DNA of 32,000 nt from Pyrobaculum aerophilum str. IM2 (GTDB taxonomy: Archaea; Thermoproteota; Thermoprotei; Thermoproteales; Thermoproteaceae): positions 630,001 through 662,000 of the forward strand of contig NC_003364.1 in the NCBI RefSeq assembly GCF_000007225.1, given 5' to 3'. How positions within the stretch are numbered: position 1 is the first letter of the stretch; every line of letters begins with the position of its first letter. This document shows positions 1-8,624 of this stretch, one piece after another. The notes below the pieces were generated by a model, which worked only from the letters and a program-made list of their open reading frames with translations, searched no databases and had not been told where the DNA came from. The position numbers and the translations under genes were made by a program.

Positions 1-55
1 CCAATGGAGAAGGGGAAAGCCTAAAGCTCAGTATAGCTCTACGTAATAAATCCGT

Positions 56-787
56 ATGTTCTTATATAGTCTGAAGTGCGATGTTGAAAAGGCCAGGGAG
101 GTCCTTGATGGGGTCTATAAGGTGGTGGAGCTTGGCGGCGCCGTGAGGCTGGTGGAGAGCTTCATCGCCTTCTACGCGGGGGATATGCCGCTGTGTATGT
201 ACAAGAGCTGGAGAATGACTTATGCCGACGTCTCACAACTGGGCTTGGCCAAGGCGGAGGTCCTCGTGAGGAAGGAGGGGCTGTTAATTAGGCTCGTAAG
301 GCCGGACGAGAAGCTGGGGCTTCCGGAGCTGGTAGAGGGCAGTCCCTTCGTAATACACGCAATGGATGTTAATGAAAGCGGCGTGATATACCGCGTGTTT
401 AGAATTGGGGGATACGTGGAGCTGGTGGCCAAGGGAGTCGCTGGTAGCATAAAGGAGGCCTTCCACCCCAAAAGGGGAGTTAACATCTTAATCGTCGATT
501 TACCCCTCATGCCTAAATTCCAGCCCCTCTTTAACGAGGTGATAGAGCTGTCCAGAGAACACTACGTAGAGCTACACACGACAATGATTTCAGACGTGTG
601 CCCTTTGTGCGGCGGCAGGATGGAGAAGAGGGGGAGGCTGGTGAGGTGTCCCACTTGCAAAATCCAGCTTAATAGAGATGTCAACGCCGTATGGGCCCTG
701 GCGAGAAATATCGTCAGGAGGCTGGGCAGAGAGCAACAACTGGCCGAGCTCAGGGAGATATTTCGCCTATACTACCCAAACGTATAG
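56..787 (+). CDS. TnpB-like (IS200/IS605 OrfB-family) RuvC/zinc-ribbon protein, unusually short form
   Basis: 243-aa ORF. The C-terminus CPLCGGRMEKRGRLVRCPTCKIQLNRDVNAVWALARNI is a CxxC...CxxC zinc ribbon followed by the DxNA....NI RuvC-III-type motif typical of TnpB/OrfB. AMDVNESG resembles RuvC-I, and ILIVDLP sits where the RuvC-II glutamate is expected. Only ~100 aa precede RuvC-I, so the usual N-terminal half is missing. There is an in-frame stop at 47-49. Confidence 0.55.
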   Translation: MFLYSLKCDVEKAREVLDGVYKVVELGGAVRLVESFIAFYAGDMPLCMYKSWRMTYADVSQLGLAKAEVLVRKEGLLIRLVRPDEKLGLPELVEGSPFVIHAMDVNESGVIYRVFRIGGYVELVAKGVAGSIKEAFHPKRGVNILIVDLPLMPKFQPLFNEVIELSREHYVELHTTMISDVCPLCGGRMEKRGRLVRCPTCKIQLNRDVNAVWALARNIVRRLGREQQLAELREIFRLYYPNV

Positions 788-924
788 ACGGCGTTTCCAG
801 CCTCTTAGGCCAAGCCCCTTAGCCTCCAGACCCGTTGCAGGGATAAACGCAGGGCAGGCTACCACGGTCATTAAAGCTACATACAACTACAGCCCGCATA
901 AACGCGAAGGGAATCCTCAAGGTG

Positions 925-954
925 GCAATGCTTTTAAGCCTGTTTTTTTGAGTC
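925..954 (+). promoter_or_regulatory. Conserved promoter/leaderless-start box, copy A (most diverged)
   Basis: GCAATGCTTTTAAGCCTGTTTTTTTGAGTC directly precedes ATG 955. It aligns to the boxes at 3657, 9474 and 12729 (AATG, TATA-like element, CC, T-run, GA, then ATG). Confidence 0.55.
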
Positions 955-3108
955 ATGGTGTCCAGCAAGGCTATAATGTTGGCGTTAATAGGGTTAGTGA
1001 TCCTCGTATTTGCAAGGGCTGGGGGAATAGCGGTGTATATTAATAGCAGCGTGGAGATCCCGCCCCTGGCGTATTACGACGGAAAGGCGCTGAGGCCAGT
1101 CCATGTGACATACGTGGGGGAGTGGGACAGGGCGTTTTGGTATGAGGCCAACGCCACTGTTAATATACCCACGTGGAGTTTTAAAAAAGCCGTAATTTAC
1201 CTACCGCGCGAAGCCCTCGGGGCTAGAGCCCCGCCTAACTTCAAGAGGGGAGTCCTCCGCGTATATATAAATAATACTGTAGTAGAGCTCGTTGAGGCAC
1301 CGCCGGAGGTAATAGCCACTTACAGCTATTTAAAGCCAGGCGAGGAGATAAAGGCTAGTAAGGCCAAAGCCACGTGGGTCAAGTCGCCAGTTGGAAGAGG
1401 GCCAGCGGAGAGGGATAAGGAGCAGAACGGGAGAGACGCTACTGACAAATTCAGCTCTGTCCTACAAGCGTTTCAAGCGTCTTCTGTTGTCTTTCCAGAC
1501 GGCGCCTTTATATACAAGCAGTTTAATGGGTTGGTTAACAGTAACAGTGAGCGGTGTTTGGAGGTTTTGAGGACTGACTCCTACAGCCCGCCAGATAATC
1601 CGACAGTGGCCTCTGTTGGTTACAACGCCACTTACGTGTGGAGGACTGCGTGGTATGTATTTACCAGTAGTCTCAGCAGCGGGGCAGTTGCGGGGAGGGG
1701 GGTAATTAAAGTGTGGGAGGTGGACCCGGCGACGCTAAATAAGAAGTATCTCTTGGGGGCGTGGTCTGTGGATTTGAGAAACGGCTACGTCACGTTCACC
1801 ACTTCAATCTCTCTGAACTGGCCCGATAAGTTCATAGGCTTAGAGCTGTGTTTCGCCCCCAGCGTCAGCGCCACGTATACAGTAGGCGCAAACGCCACTC
1901 TAGGCTTTAGGAAAAACGCCATATCAATTGCCATGGGGAGCTACTCGCTTGGGGTTGTCCCAGTAGACAGGACGCAATATGTGGGTGGCGTTGTGTATTA
2001 CCAAGTCCTTCGACCCCCCATTAGGAATATTATTTTTGGTCCATTTACTCTAGCTGACGGTTATTACGGCCAGACGCTGAACTTAGATATGACCGTATAC
2101 GTGCCGTGGAGCACATCACAATGCCCGACGCTTGTAGTGACGACATACGTGGGAGATTTAGCCCACATGCAAATCGACTCGATCTCCTTTACGGCATCTG
2201 GGTACGGCAACGGCGCGTGTAGATATGAGGTGAGGAGGACGGTCACGCTCAGCTCTTCCGCAATCGGGTTCTGGTACGACGAGGCGAGGGCTAGGGACAA
2301 GGCCGTGGTTATAAGAGTTTCGTTTAACTACAACGTCTCAGAAGTGGTAATATACAGAGTGGACATCTCGGGATACAGATTTGCAGAAAACTACATAGAT
2401 AAAAACGTTAACTCATGGCTGACCCTTGTACTCAGGGGCTACTACTCGCAGACGCTTAGAGCTTGCACTATGGCGAGGTTGCCGCAAGTGAACTATACAG
2501 TGGTCTTGGCCAATATAGAGACGTATAGCGCGGCAGCGGGAACAAGGCCCGCCGACTTCCTTGCCGTTAACGTAGGCGCTCCAAGTGGGTATAAAATACA
2601 GAGCGTGGAATTCCGCATTAGACCGTCTGCCGCATTTGCGCCTCCTGTTAATGTGTACGTCAAGGGTACGAAGTTTGAAGAGCCCTGGTGGTTGACTTGG
2701 ACGTTTAGAATTGCCCAAGCGATAAAGACGGTACTAGACTTCCTTGGCCTCATACCAGGTCCTTTGAGCTGGTTTATAGATAGAGTTTTTGATCTCCGCG
2801 GATTATTATACCCGGATTTGACTATTACGCAGACCGCTGATTATGTTGCTGTAACTTGGCGTGCTGGAGTGTACGACAGTTATTACCAAGTGGCGTTTGA
2901 AATTGGCGTGGCTAACGTAGACAGAGTGCTAGAGGCGACTAATGTATATGTCTCAAATTCTGCCTATTTGTGCATGTACGCGCCCATTTCATCACAGATG
3001 CCTAAGCTAGATACCAATGCCCCATTTGATACCCAATACCTCAGACACTGGGTATACGGCATAAGGGTTACCCGTGACATCCCGTTTATAGTAGATGCGG
3101 CTGGTTAG
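955..3108 (+). CDS. Large secreted/surface protein, paralog A of a four-member family (unknown function)
   Basis: 717-aa ORF with a signal-like N-terminal helix (AIMLALIGLVILVFARA) and many N-x-S/T sequons. It shares several blocks with the ORFs at 3688, 9505 and 12760: the N-terminal LPR..A.R.PP block (IYLPREALGARAPPNF), a charged linker (GRGPAERDKEQNGRD), the EEPWW motif ~140 aa from the C-terminus, and a C-terminal YVAVTWRAG block. No catalytic motif recognised. Confidence 0.85.
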   Translation: MVSSKAIMLALIGLVILVFARAGGIAVYINSSVEIPPLAYYDGKALRPVHVTYVGEWDRAFWYEANATVNIPTWSFKKAVIYLPREALGARAPPNFKRGVLRVYINNTVVELVEAPPEVIATYSYLKPGEEIKASKAKATWVKSPVGRGPAERDKEQNGRDATDKFSSVLQAFQASSVVFPDGAFIYKQFNGLVNSNSERCLEVLRTDSYSPPDNPTVASVGYNATYVWRTAWYVFTSSLSSGAVAGRGVIKVWEVDPATLNKKYLLGAWSVDLRNGYVTFTTSISLNWPDKFIGLELCFAPSVSATYTVGANATLGFRKNAISIAMGSYSLGVVPVDRTQYVGGVVYYQVLRPPIRNIIFGPFTLADGYYGQTLNLDMTVYVPWSTSQCPTLVVTTYVGDLAHMQIDSISFTASGYGNGACRYEVRRTVTLSSSAIGFWYDEARARDKAVVIRVSFNYNVSEVVIYRVDISGYRFAENYIDKNVNSWLTLVLRGYYSQTLRACTMARLPQVNYTVVLANIETYSAAAGTRPADFLAVNVGAPSGYKIQSVEFRIRPSAAFAPPVNVYVKGTKFEEPWWLTWTFRIAQAIKTVLDFLGLIPGPLSWFIDRVFDLRGLLYPDLTITQTADYVAVTWRAGVYDSYYQVAFEIGVANVDRVLEATNVYVSNSAYLCMYAPISSQMPKLDTNAPFDTQYLRHWVYGIRVTRDIPFIVDAAG

Positions 3109-3655
3109 AGAGCTTGGCCTAAAATATTTGGCTTTTTCCCCAGCTATCCTAGCCTTTCCCTACCTTTCCTACGGGCCGCTGGTGAGCTGGGATCCCTCTT
3201 GGGGTTTTAGGATGGGGGTTGGGCTGATGGGCCTCGGGCATTATCTATACTTAGTCATGCAAGTGGCGTACTATGCTTGTAAACTCCCGCCGAAATACAT
3301 AGCCCTTTCCACAGCGGCTTTTTTAGCATACTTCTTGTCTTTGACGCGGCCTGAGCTGGTCGTCTTGTCGCTAGTCGGGCTTATCTACTCAGCGGCTGTT
3401 GTTTTGTACTTCGGCGTGAAAGACGGAGTTTTCGCGAACTGGCTTGGGGCTATCGCGTGGCTATTCCTCTGGAACTTAATAGGAGGGGTTTTGTCAATTC
3501 CAGCGCATATTTACTTCGGCGGGGGAGACATATGGCTGTGGTGGAGGGAGCCCCCGGCAGATCCCCTCTACGCGCTGGCAGTGGGAATTGCGGGGGCCGT
3601 GGCGACGTGGGCTTTGGGTAAAATCCGCCTACTGGTTGAATTCACCTGCCGGTAG
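3095..3655 (+). CDS. Small polytopic membrane protein, partner A'
   Basis: 186-aa ORF, almost entirely hydrophobic helices (about 5). It overlaps the end of gene A by 14 nt in the +1 frame. The N-terminal GLK motif and the EPPADPLY motif are shared with partner C'. Confidence 0.75.
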   Translation: MRLVRELGLKYLAFSPAILAFPYLSYGPLVSWDPSWGFRMGVGLMGLGHYLYLVMQVAYYACKLPPKYIALSTAAFLAYFLSLTRPELVVLSLVGLIYSAAVVLYFGVKDGVFANWLGAIAWLFLWNLIGGVLSIPAHIYFGGGDIWLWWREPPADPLYALAVGIAGAVATWALGKIRLLVEFTCR

Positions 3656-3656
3656 C

Positions 3657-3687
3657 GTAATGTTTATAAAGCCGTTTTTTTTGACAT
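3657..3687 (+). promoter_or_regulatory. Conserved promoter/leaderless-start box, copy B
   Basis: GTAATGTTTATAAAGCCGTTTTTTTTGACAT directly precedes ATG 3688. It begins 2 nt after the stop codon of partner A' (3653-3655). Confidence 0.7.
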
Positions 3688-6009
3688 ATGTTGTCTAGAA
3701 GAGCGTTAATAACTGCGATGTTATTAATTGCAGTACTAAGGGCGGCGGATATTTCCAGCTACGTCTTCGTAGAGTTTAACCCGGGAGACGGCTTTCCCTA
3801 CGTTGTGATTAACTCCACAGCGGTTGAGCCAGTGCCCATAGTCTACATCATGGTAGAGAGAGATATAATAATGCAGGAAATGGCTTTAAACACCACCATG
3901 TACTTGCCCCAGGGCGTGTACCTTGCCTTACCCAGGAGGTATTTCGCGCCGCGGCCGCCGGCGCCTCCGCCGGGCGTAAGGGGGCGTGTGGTGGACATAG
4001 AGGTAGAGGGCTTGGGAGTAGCCCGGGTTGTCATCGCCAGAAACGCCACGGAGATCCCCAACGCCGTGGCTTACTATGTGTATCTAGACGCGGAGGAGAG
4101 AGGCGGGAGGTATTACTACAAAGGCAAGCCGCTGGACGTCAGAAGGCCCAAGACGCCGAGGGACCGGGCGGGCGGTAGCGCCCAGGGTAGCGAGCCCGTG
4201 GGCCAAGCGGAGCCGATGTACTACACAGAGACTAAAAGCGGCACCGCCGTAAGTAGCTGGGCGAGATACGTCTTCAACCCAGCGTCGCCAATTAACGTGA
4301 GAAACCCCCCATCTTCTAGCTACACGCCGGTGAGGTACTTCAACGCCACGGGTTACGCCAACAACGACTTTGTAATGGGCACAACTCCATGGGCCTATCT
4401 AGGCCATGGCGTCTCTGACATATATCTAGCCATCCAAGGGGGGTCGAGTAGCTCTATCCGCTACTCCCTTTGCCCCTACTCCACGCCTACTCCAACTCCC
4501 CCGGCGTCGCCCACCGCCTCCCCATGCGTGCGCAACTCCCAGACCGCGCCGAGCTTCGGCCGCTACCTATTGGCGCGTATAAGCGCGGCGCCCTATGCCA
4601 ATAGCTATTTATGGTTCTACGCAGAGATTTACAACCCACTTAACCTTCCCATCAACGCCTCTATAGCTGTGGTGTACAACAGGCCCGCCCCTTCGGACGG
4701 CTCCGTCTACTCTTTGCTAACGGCCAACTGGCTCTCCTCAGTGGGCCAGCCGGGATACACATTCGGCGCAGACTACGGCTACAGCGTGAGGGTGTCCAGA
4801 CTCCTCTTTACTGTTAGAATACCACCAGGCGCCCAGATGCCTATAAACATTGCGTTAGTAGGCCTGGCGGTATACACCTGTAGCCCCAGCTCTACACTTA
4901 CCGTAAAGATATACACGCCGGCCGACCCAAACGCCTACGTCACAGCCACGGGGCAGAAGTACACATCTGCCGAATGCGCCACATACTTCTTTAGCGACAT
5001 ATACGGAACTTTGCCGGAATCAGCCGTAGTTCCGTTACTAGCGGCGAATTCTACGGTGATACCGCTGATTATAGAGTTTAATCCCAGCCTCTATGCCAGC
5101 TACCCAAATCGAGTAACTGTGACGTTTAAATCACTATTTGCCTTCGGCCAGCGCTGGCCAGAGATATGGAGACACAACGCCAACAATTGGATAAGCAGTT
5201 CTAAGACTTACCCATACACAACATTACCTGTTAAAGTTGTTTTTAGAGATTACTTAGCATTTTCAGTGTGGTCCACTGCGTATAATTTAAAGAACGAGTC
5301 GGTATCTCCATGGACAGATCTCAACATATTAGCTTACGCCGTGTTGACTACACAAGTAGGCTCTAGCGTAGCTTACGATCCACCCTCGTTCCCTAGGGCT
5401 TCGCTACAGTACATCCCTCTCGATCAATATCTTCAACTTAAGAAGGTGTGTCTGGCGTTTGAGAGCGTAAAGGCTGGCGCGGTTGGCTCGTTGACTACCT
5501 ACGTCAGCGTTGAGGGGCAGAACCCGTGGCTTGAGGCGTTTGCCTCCATTGTTTCCGCCGTTACTAATGCAATTGGAAACACTATAACAGGTTATCAGAT
5601 AATAAGCAAGATTTTTGGACTGGCGATGCCCTCGTTTTTAGGACCCCTTGGCTACGTGGTTTGGGGGCTTGGCATATTCGCGGCGTTAGTGCCCATGTCT
5701 GGAAATATCAACTGTGCGCCGTCTTCAGACTGGCTCTCTCACGGCTACGACGCGGGTACTGGGTACATAAAGGCGGCGGGATGGAAAATAGGCACGAATG
5801 AGTTGCCGTCTTACGCCGGGGGGCTTAAGGTGAAGATCTCTATGCTGATTGACCACTCGTTTTACCACAGTGTAAAAACCGTTGCGCCGGGAAGCGGGAT
5901 ATACGTAGACTTCTTCTCCTATGCCATATTTGACTCCTCTAACTACTTCACAGGGCCGTTGGAGCCCTATGCGCTGGGCGTTGGGAGGTTCTATCTTAAA
6001 ATCCAGTAG
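3688..6009 (+). CDS. Large secreted/surface protein, paralog B (unknown function)
   Basis: 773-aa ORF with a signal-like N-terminus (LITAMLLIAVLRAA) and many sequons. It carries the LALPRRYFAPRPPAPPPG block, a charged linker (RRPKTPRDRAGG), a Pro/Thr/Ser-rich stretch (STPTPTPPASPTASP), an NPW motif followed by a long hydrophobic segment ~160 aa from the C-terminus. Confidence 0.85.
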   Translation: MLSRRALITAMLLIAVLRAADISSYVFVEFNPGDGFPYVVINSTAVEPVPIVYIMVERDIIMQEMALNTTMYLPQGVYLALPRRYFAPRPPAPPPGVRGRVVDIEVEGLGVARVVIARNATEIPNAVAYYVYLDAEERGGRYYYKGKPLDVRRPKTPRDRAGGSAQGSEPVGQAEPMYYTETKSGTAVSSWARYVFNPASPINVRNPPSSSYTPVRYFNATGYANNDFVMGTTPWAYLGHGVSDIYLAIQGGSSSSIRYSLCPYSTPTPTPPASPTASPCVRNSQTAPSFGRYLLARISAAPYANSYLWFYAEIYNPLNLPINASIAVVYNRPAPSDGSVYSLLTANWLSSVGQPGYTFGADYGYSVRVSRLLFTVRIPPGAQMPINIALVGLAVYTCSPSSTLTVKIYTPADPNAYVTATGQKYTSAECATYFFSDIYGTLPESAVVPLLAANSTVIPLIIEFNPSLYASYPNRVTVTFKSLFAFGQRWPEIWRHNANNWISSSKTYPYTTLPVKVVFRDYLAFSVWSTAYNLKNESVSPWTDLNILAYAVLTTQVGSSVAYDPPSFPRASLQYIPLDQYLQLKKVCLAFESVKAGAVGSLTTYVSVEGQNPWLEAFASIVSAVTNAIGNTITGYQIISKIFGLAMPSFLGPLGYVVWGLGIFAALVPMSGNINCAPSSDWLSHGYDAGTGYIKAAGWKIGTNELPSYAGGLKVKISMLIDHSFYHSVKTVAPGSGIYVDFFSYAIFDSSNYFTGPLEPYALGVGRFYLKIQ

Positions 6010-6517
6010 TCTTTTTTCCCTCAGCCTCCTCTTCCTCTTCTCGGCGTCACTCCTCCCCCTGGGATCTGCCCAGCTTATCCGCGCCAATGTGGCGTATACC
6101 TTCTCGGTCGTGTCGGCCGTGTGCCTCTTCGTGTCGTGCCGCCGTTATTTTTACACAGCCGCGGCGTTTGGGGCCGTTTTGTGGGGGCTGTCCTTCGCCT
6201 ACCCCCACTTCCTCGTGGCGTTTCTCTCCATGTGGCTTTACCTGGGCTGGGCTTGGCTCGGCTTGCTGTGGGCCTCTTGGAGGCTTTGGAGAGTTAAAGG
6301 CGTTGTCACCGCCTTTGCGGCGCTGTATGTGATAAACCTTATGTACATACCCCTCGAATTTGCCAATTTATTGCCCGATTGGGCGCTGGCGGCAATAGGG
6401 GACAACCCTCGCACGACCTTCCTCAACTGGGCTAGGTATTTGCTAACCTATCTCACCACCATGGCCGTGTTGCAGACAATCCGCGTCTTGGCCAAGCTCG
6501 ACCAGCGGCGCCGCTAG
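5969..6517 (+). CDS. Small polytopic membrane protein, partner B'
   Basis: The track ORF starts at 5921. I prefer ATG 5969 because it places the ILK + F/L/S-rich first helix the same distance from the N-terminus as in partner C'. It overlaps gene B by 41 nt in the +1 frame, has multiple hydrophobic helices and a basic tail (DQRRR). Confidence 0.65.
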   Translation: MRWALGGSILKSSSLFSLSLLFLFSASLLPLGSAQLIRANVAYTFSVVSAVCLFVSCRRYFYTAAAFGAVLWGLSFAYPHFLVAFLSMWLYLGWAWLGLLWASWRLWRVKGVVTAFAALYVINLMYIPLEFANLLPDWALAAIGDNPRTTFLNWARYLLTYLTTMAVLQTIRVLAKLDQRRR

Positions 6518-7401
6518 GATAGGAGGTGGCTTCCGTCGCAGTGCGCACCTGGTGTGTTCAAATCGGCGAACTCCTCCCGGCAGATGTTGAACTGGAGGCC
6601 GTGGCGCCTGGCGTATTCAGCCACAAGCGCCAGGATTCTCCTCCTGTACTCCCTCGGCGCGTACCACTGTCCGTGGAAGTACTGCCCCTCTTGGAAGTAC
6701 ATCCTCCGCCACGTGAGTGCTTTGTCTGGAAAGGCCTTTGCCAGGCGGGCAAAGTTATCTCTCTTGGCCTTATACGTACTGGCGACGAGATGTTTAGCCC
6801 CGGCCTCAGCGGCTTTTGACACCACCTCCTCAATATTGTCCACGTCGTCGTTGAGCAAGGGAATTAAGGGGTCAAGCCTCACTGCGACGGGCACTCCAGC
6901 CTCCGAAAGGCGCCTTACGGCGTCAAGCCTCCCCGCGGGCCGCGGCGCCCCAGGCTCTAATACCGACGCCAGCTCTTCTCTAAGCGTGGTGATTGTGATC
7001 TGCACCGCCACACGCCCCCTGTGTCTTTGGAAGATGTCTAAATCCCGGAGGACGAGGGGGGACTTCGTCACTATAAGCACCTTGTACCCCCTCTCCAAGA
7101 GCATTTGCAATACCCTCCGGGTCAGCCCCAGCCTCGCCTCTGGAGGGGTGTAGGGGTCGGAAGAGTTAGATAGGGACACCACGGCGCCTTTTGGAATTTT
7201 TTCCAGATCCCGCCTCACTTTATCCAATAGGTCCTCCTTGGGCCGGGGATTGAAGGCATCTGGTATATACGACGTGATGTAGCAGTAAAGACACCCGTGG
7301 CCGCAGCCGGTGTAGGGGTTGAGGCCGTATTTAAAGGGGCAGGTGCAGAGGGGGTTGCCCCAGGGGTCAAAGGGCCTGACGACGCTAAGCGATATGCGCA
7401 T
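6514..7401 (-). CDS. Radical SAM protein (SplB/COG1533-like, 'DNA repair photolyase' type)
   Basis: 295-aa ORF with a CGHGCLYC (Cx3Cx2C) cluster near the N-terminus. Length and layout fit the SplB-like radical SAM group. It starts 9 nt downstream of the ATPase gene on the same strand. Confidence 0.75.
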   Translation of the reverse strand: MRISLSVVRPFDPWGNPLCTCPFKYGLNPYTGCGHGCLYCYITSYIPDAFNPRPKEDLLDKVRRDLEKIPKGAVVSLSNSSDPYTPPEARLGLTRRVLQMLLERGYKVLIVTKSPLVLRDLDIFQRHRGRVAVQITITTLREELASVLEPGAPRPAGRLDAVRRLSEAGVPVAVRLDPLIPLLNDDVDNIEEVVSKAAEAGAKHLVASTYKAKRDNFARLAKAFPDKALTWRRMYFQEGQYFHGQWYAPREYRRRILALVAEYARRHGLQFNICREEFADLNTPGAHCDGSHLLS

Positions 7402-7410
7402 ATCGGGCGG

Positions 7411-8178
7411 CTATCTCCTCTGCCCCACCTCTATCCCCAGCTCTCTCAGCTGTTTGCTAAGCATTTTCAACATGGTCTTGACGTCTATCTCGGCCACGCG
7501 TCCGTTGACAATTTCAAAATGTATCCAGTCGTGGGCAACCTTAAGCCTCCTCGCCCTAGATATCCTCATACGCCTCACGTACAGCCCCATCTCCTCCAAG
7601 TTGGGATCCACCTCTATTTGTATAACCACGTCTGCCAAGTGGACGGATGTAGCCAACACGCCGTATACCTCCTCCACGTCTGTATGCGCAGTAGCCACGA
7701 CTATGGAGTCGGTATGCCTGGCAAAGATCTTAAAGGCGCGGAACACGTCTAGCGCAGACCCCGGGCTTCTTATCAACACTTCGTTAAGCGAGTCCACCAC
7801 GACGACGCCCCCTCTGAAATCCCCGGCGAATTCAGCCAGCTTATTCACCAAGGCGTAGGCGTCAGGCGTCTCAAGCCTGTGTCTAAACGTCGGCTTCAAC
7901 TTGGCCAGCCGCTCGCCGGGCGCGACAAATCCGTCAACAACTATTACCCGGTCCGCCGGCCCCCCGTGGCTTTTTAACTCCTCTAAAACCTCGTCTGCCA
8001 GCGCGTCAATGGCGAAGAACAAAACGGGCGCCCCTGCCCTTGCCGCCGTCGCCGCTATAGTTGAGGCGAAGAAAGTCTTCCCCACTCCGAGGAAGCCCTC
8101 AATTAGGACCACGTAGCCAGGGGGGATGCCATCGGGAATCTGCTCGTCTACTGGATCAATTCCCGTCTTAAAACCCAT
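7411..8178 (-). CDS. KaiC/RecA-superfamily ATPase (single-domain)
   Basis: 255-aa ORF with Walker A GFLGVGKT and a Walker B-like VVVVDSL. The overall pattern matches COG0467-type archaeal KaiC-like ATPases. Confidence 0.75.
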   Translation of the reverse strand: MGFKTGIDPVDEQIPDGIPPGYVVLIEGFLGVGKTFFASTIAATAARAGAPVLFFAIDALADEVLEELKSHGGPADRVIVVDGFVAPGERLAKLKPTFRHRLETPDAYALVNKLAEFAGDFRGGVVVVDSLNEVLIRSPGSALDVFRAFKIFARHTDSIVVATAHTDVEEVYGVLATSVHLADVVIQIEVDPNLEEMGLYVRRMRISRARRLKVAHDWIHFEIVNGRVAEIDVKTMLKMLSKQLRELGIEVGQRR

Positions 8179-8624
8179 GTAAAAAACGCGACGGCCTTAT
8201 TAAAAACTTCGCCTCCAATCAATAAGTATAACACTTTGCGGAGCGGGCCCCTCCGGCATCCTAACAAAGGGGCGTTTATTTTTACCTCCAAGAATGCTGT
8301 TATATACGCAAAAGAGCCGCGACAAATATTCCCAATAAACGCCGTGAAGAGATGCGGTACTCCTGACTCTTCGTTGTAGTTTACAAATCCGTGGGCGGCG
8401 GCGTTTATCACCTCGCCTGCGTCTGGTGTAAAGAGCAGAACAACACTTGTGCACCTAACAGTCTCGTCGTAAAACTCCACTATCGCCGTCAATGCGACTG
8501 TAACCAGCAGTGTGGCGATTACTACTGCTAGAGATCATAGTGTAGTGAACAATACCTATTTTTCGTTAATAACGGATTTTAAATGCTGTTGCCTAACAGA
8601 GAGGGAATAAAAATGGCACGGCCC

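Noticed and set aside
788-924. Possible hairpins or direct repeats (CTTAGG / CTTAGC, GCGTTT...AAACGC) downstream of the TnpB-like gene, considered as an IS end or omega-RNA scaffold
   Set aside because: Only 6-nt complementarities were found by eye and no clear terminal hairpin. It is mentioned as a place to look, not called as a feature.
8148-8492. 114-aa minus-strand ORF in the A/T-rich gap between the KaiC-like and phosphoesterase genes
   Set aside because: It needs a TTG start and overlaps the ATPase gene start by 31 nt. The hydrophobic, TM-like extension just upstream in frame (LAVVIATLLVTVAL) has no start codon and is closed by a stop. It may be a decayed gene, but I cannot support it as a feature.
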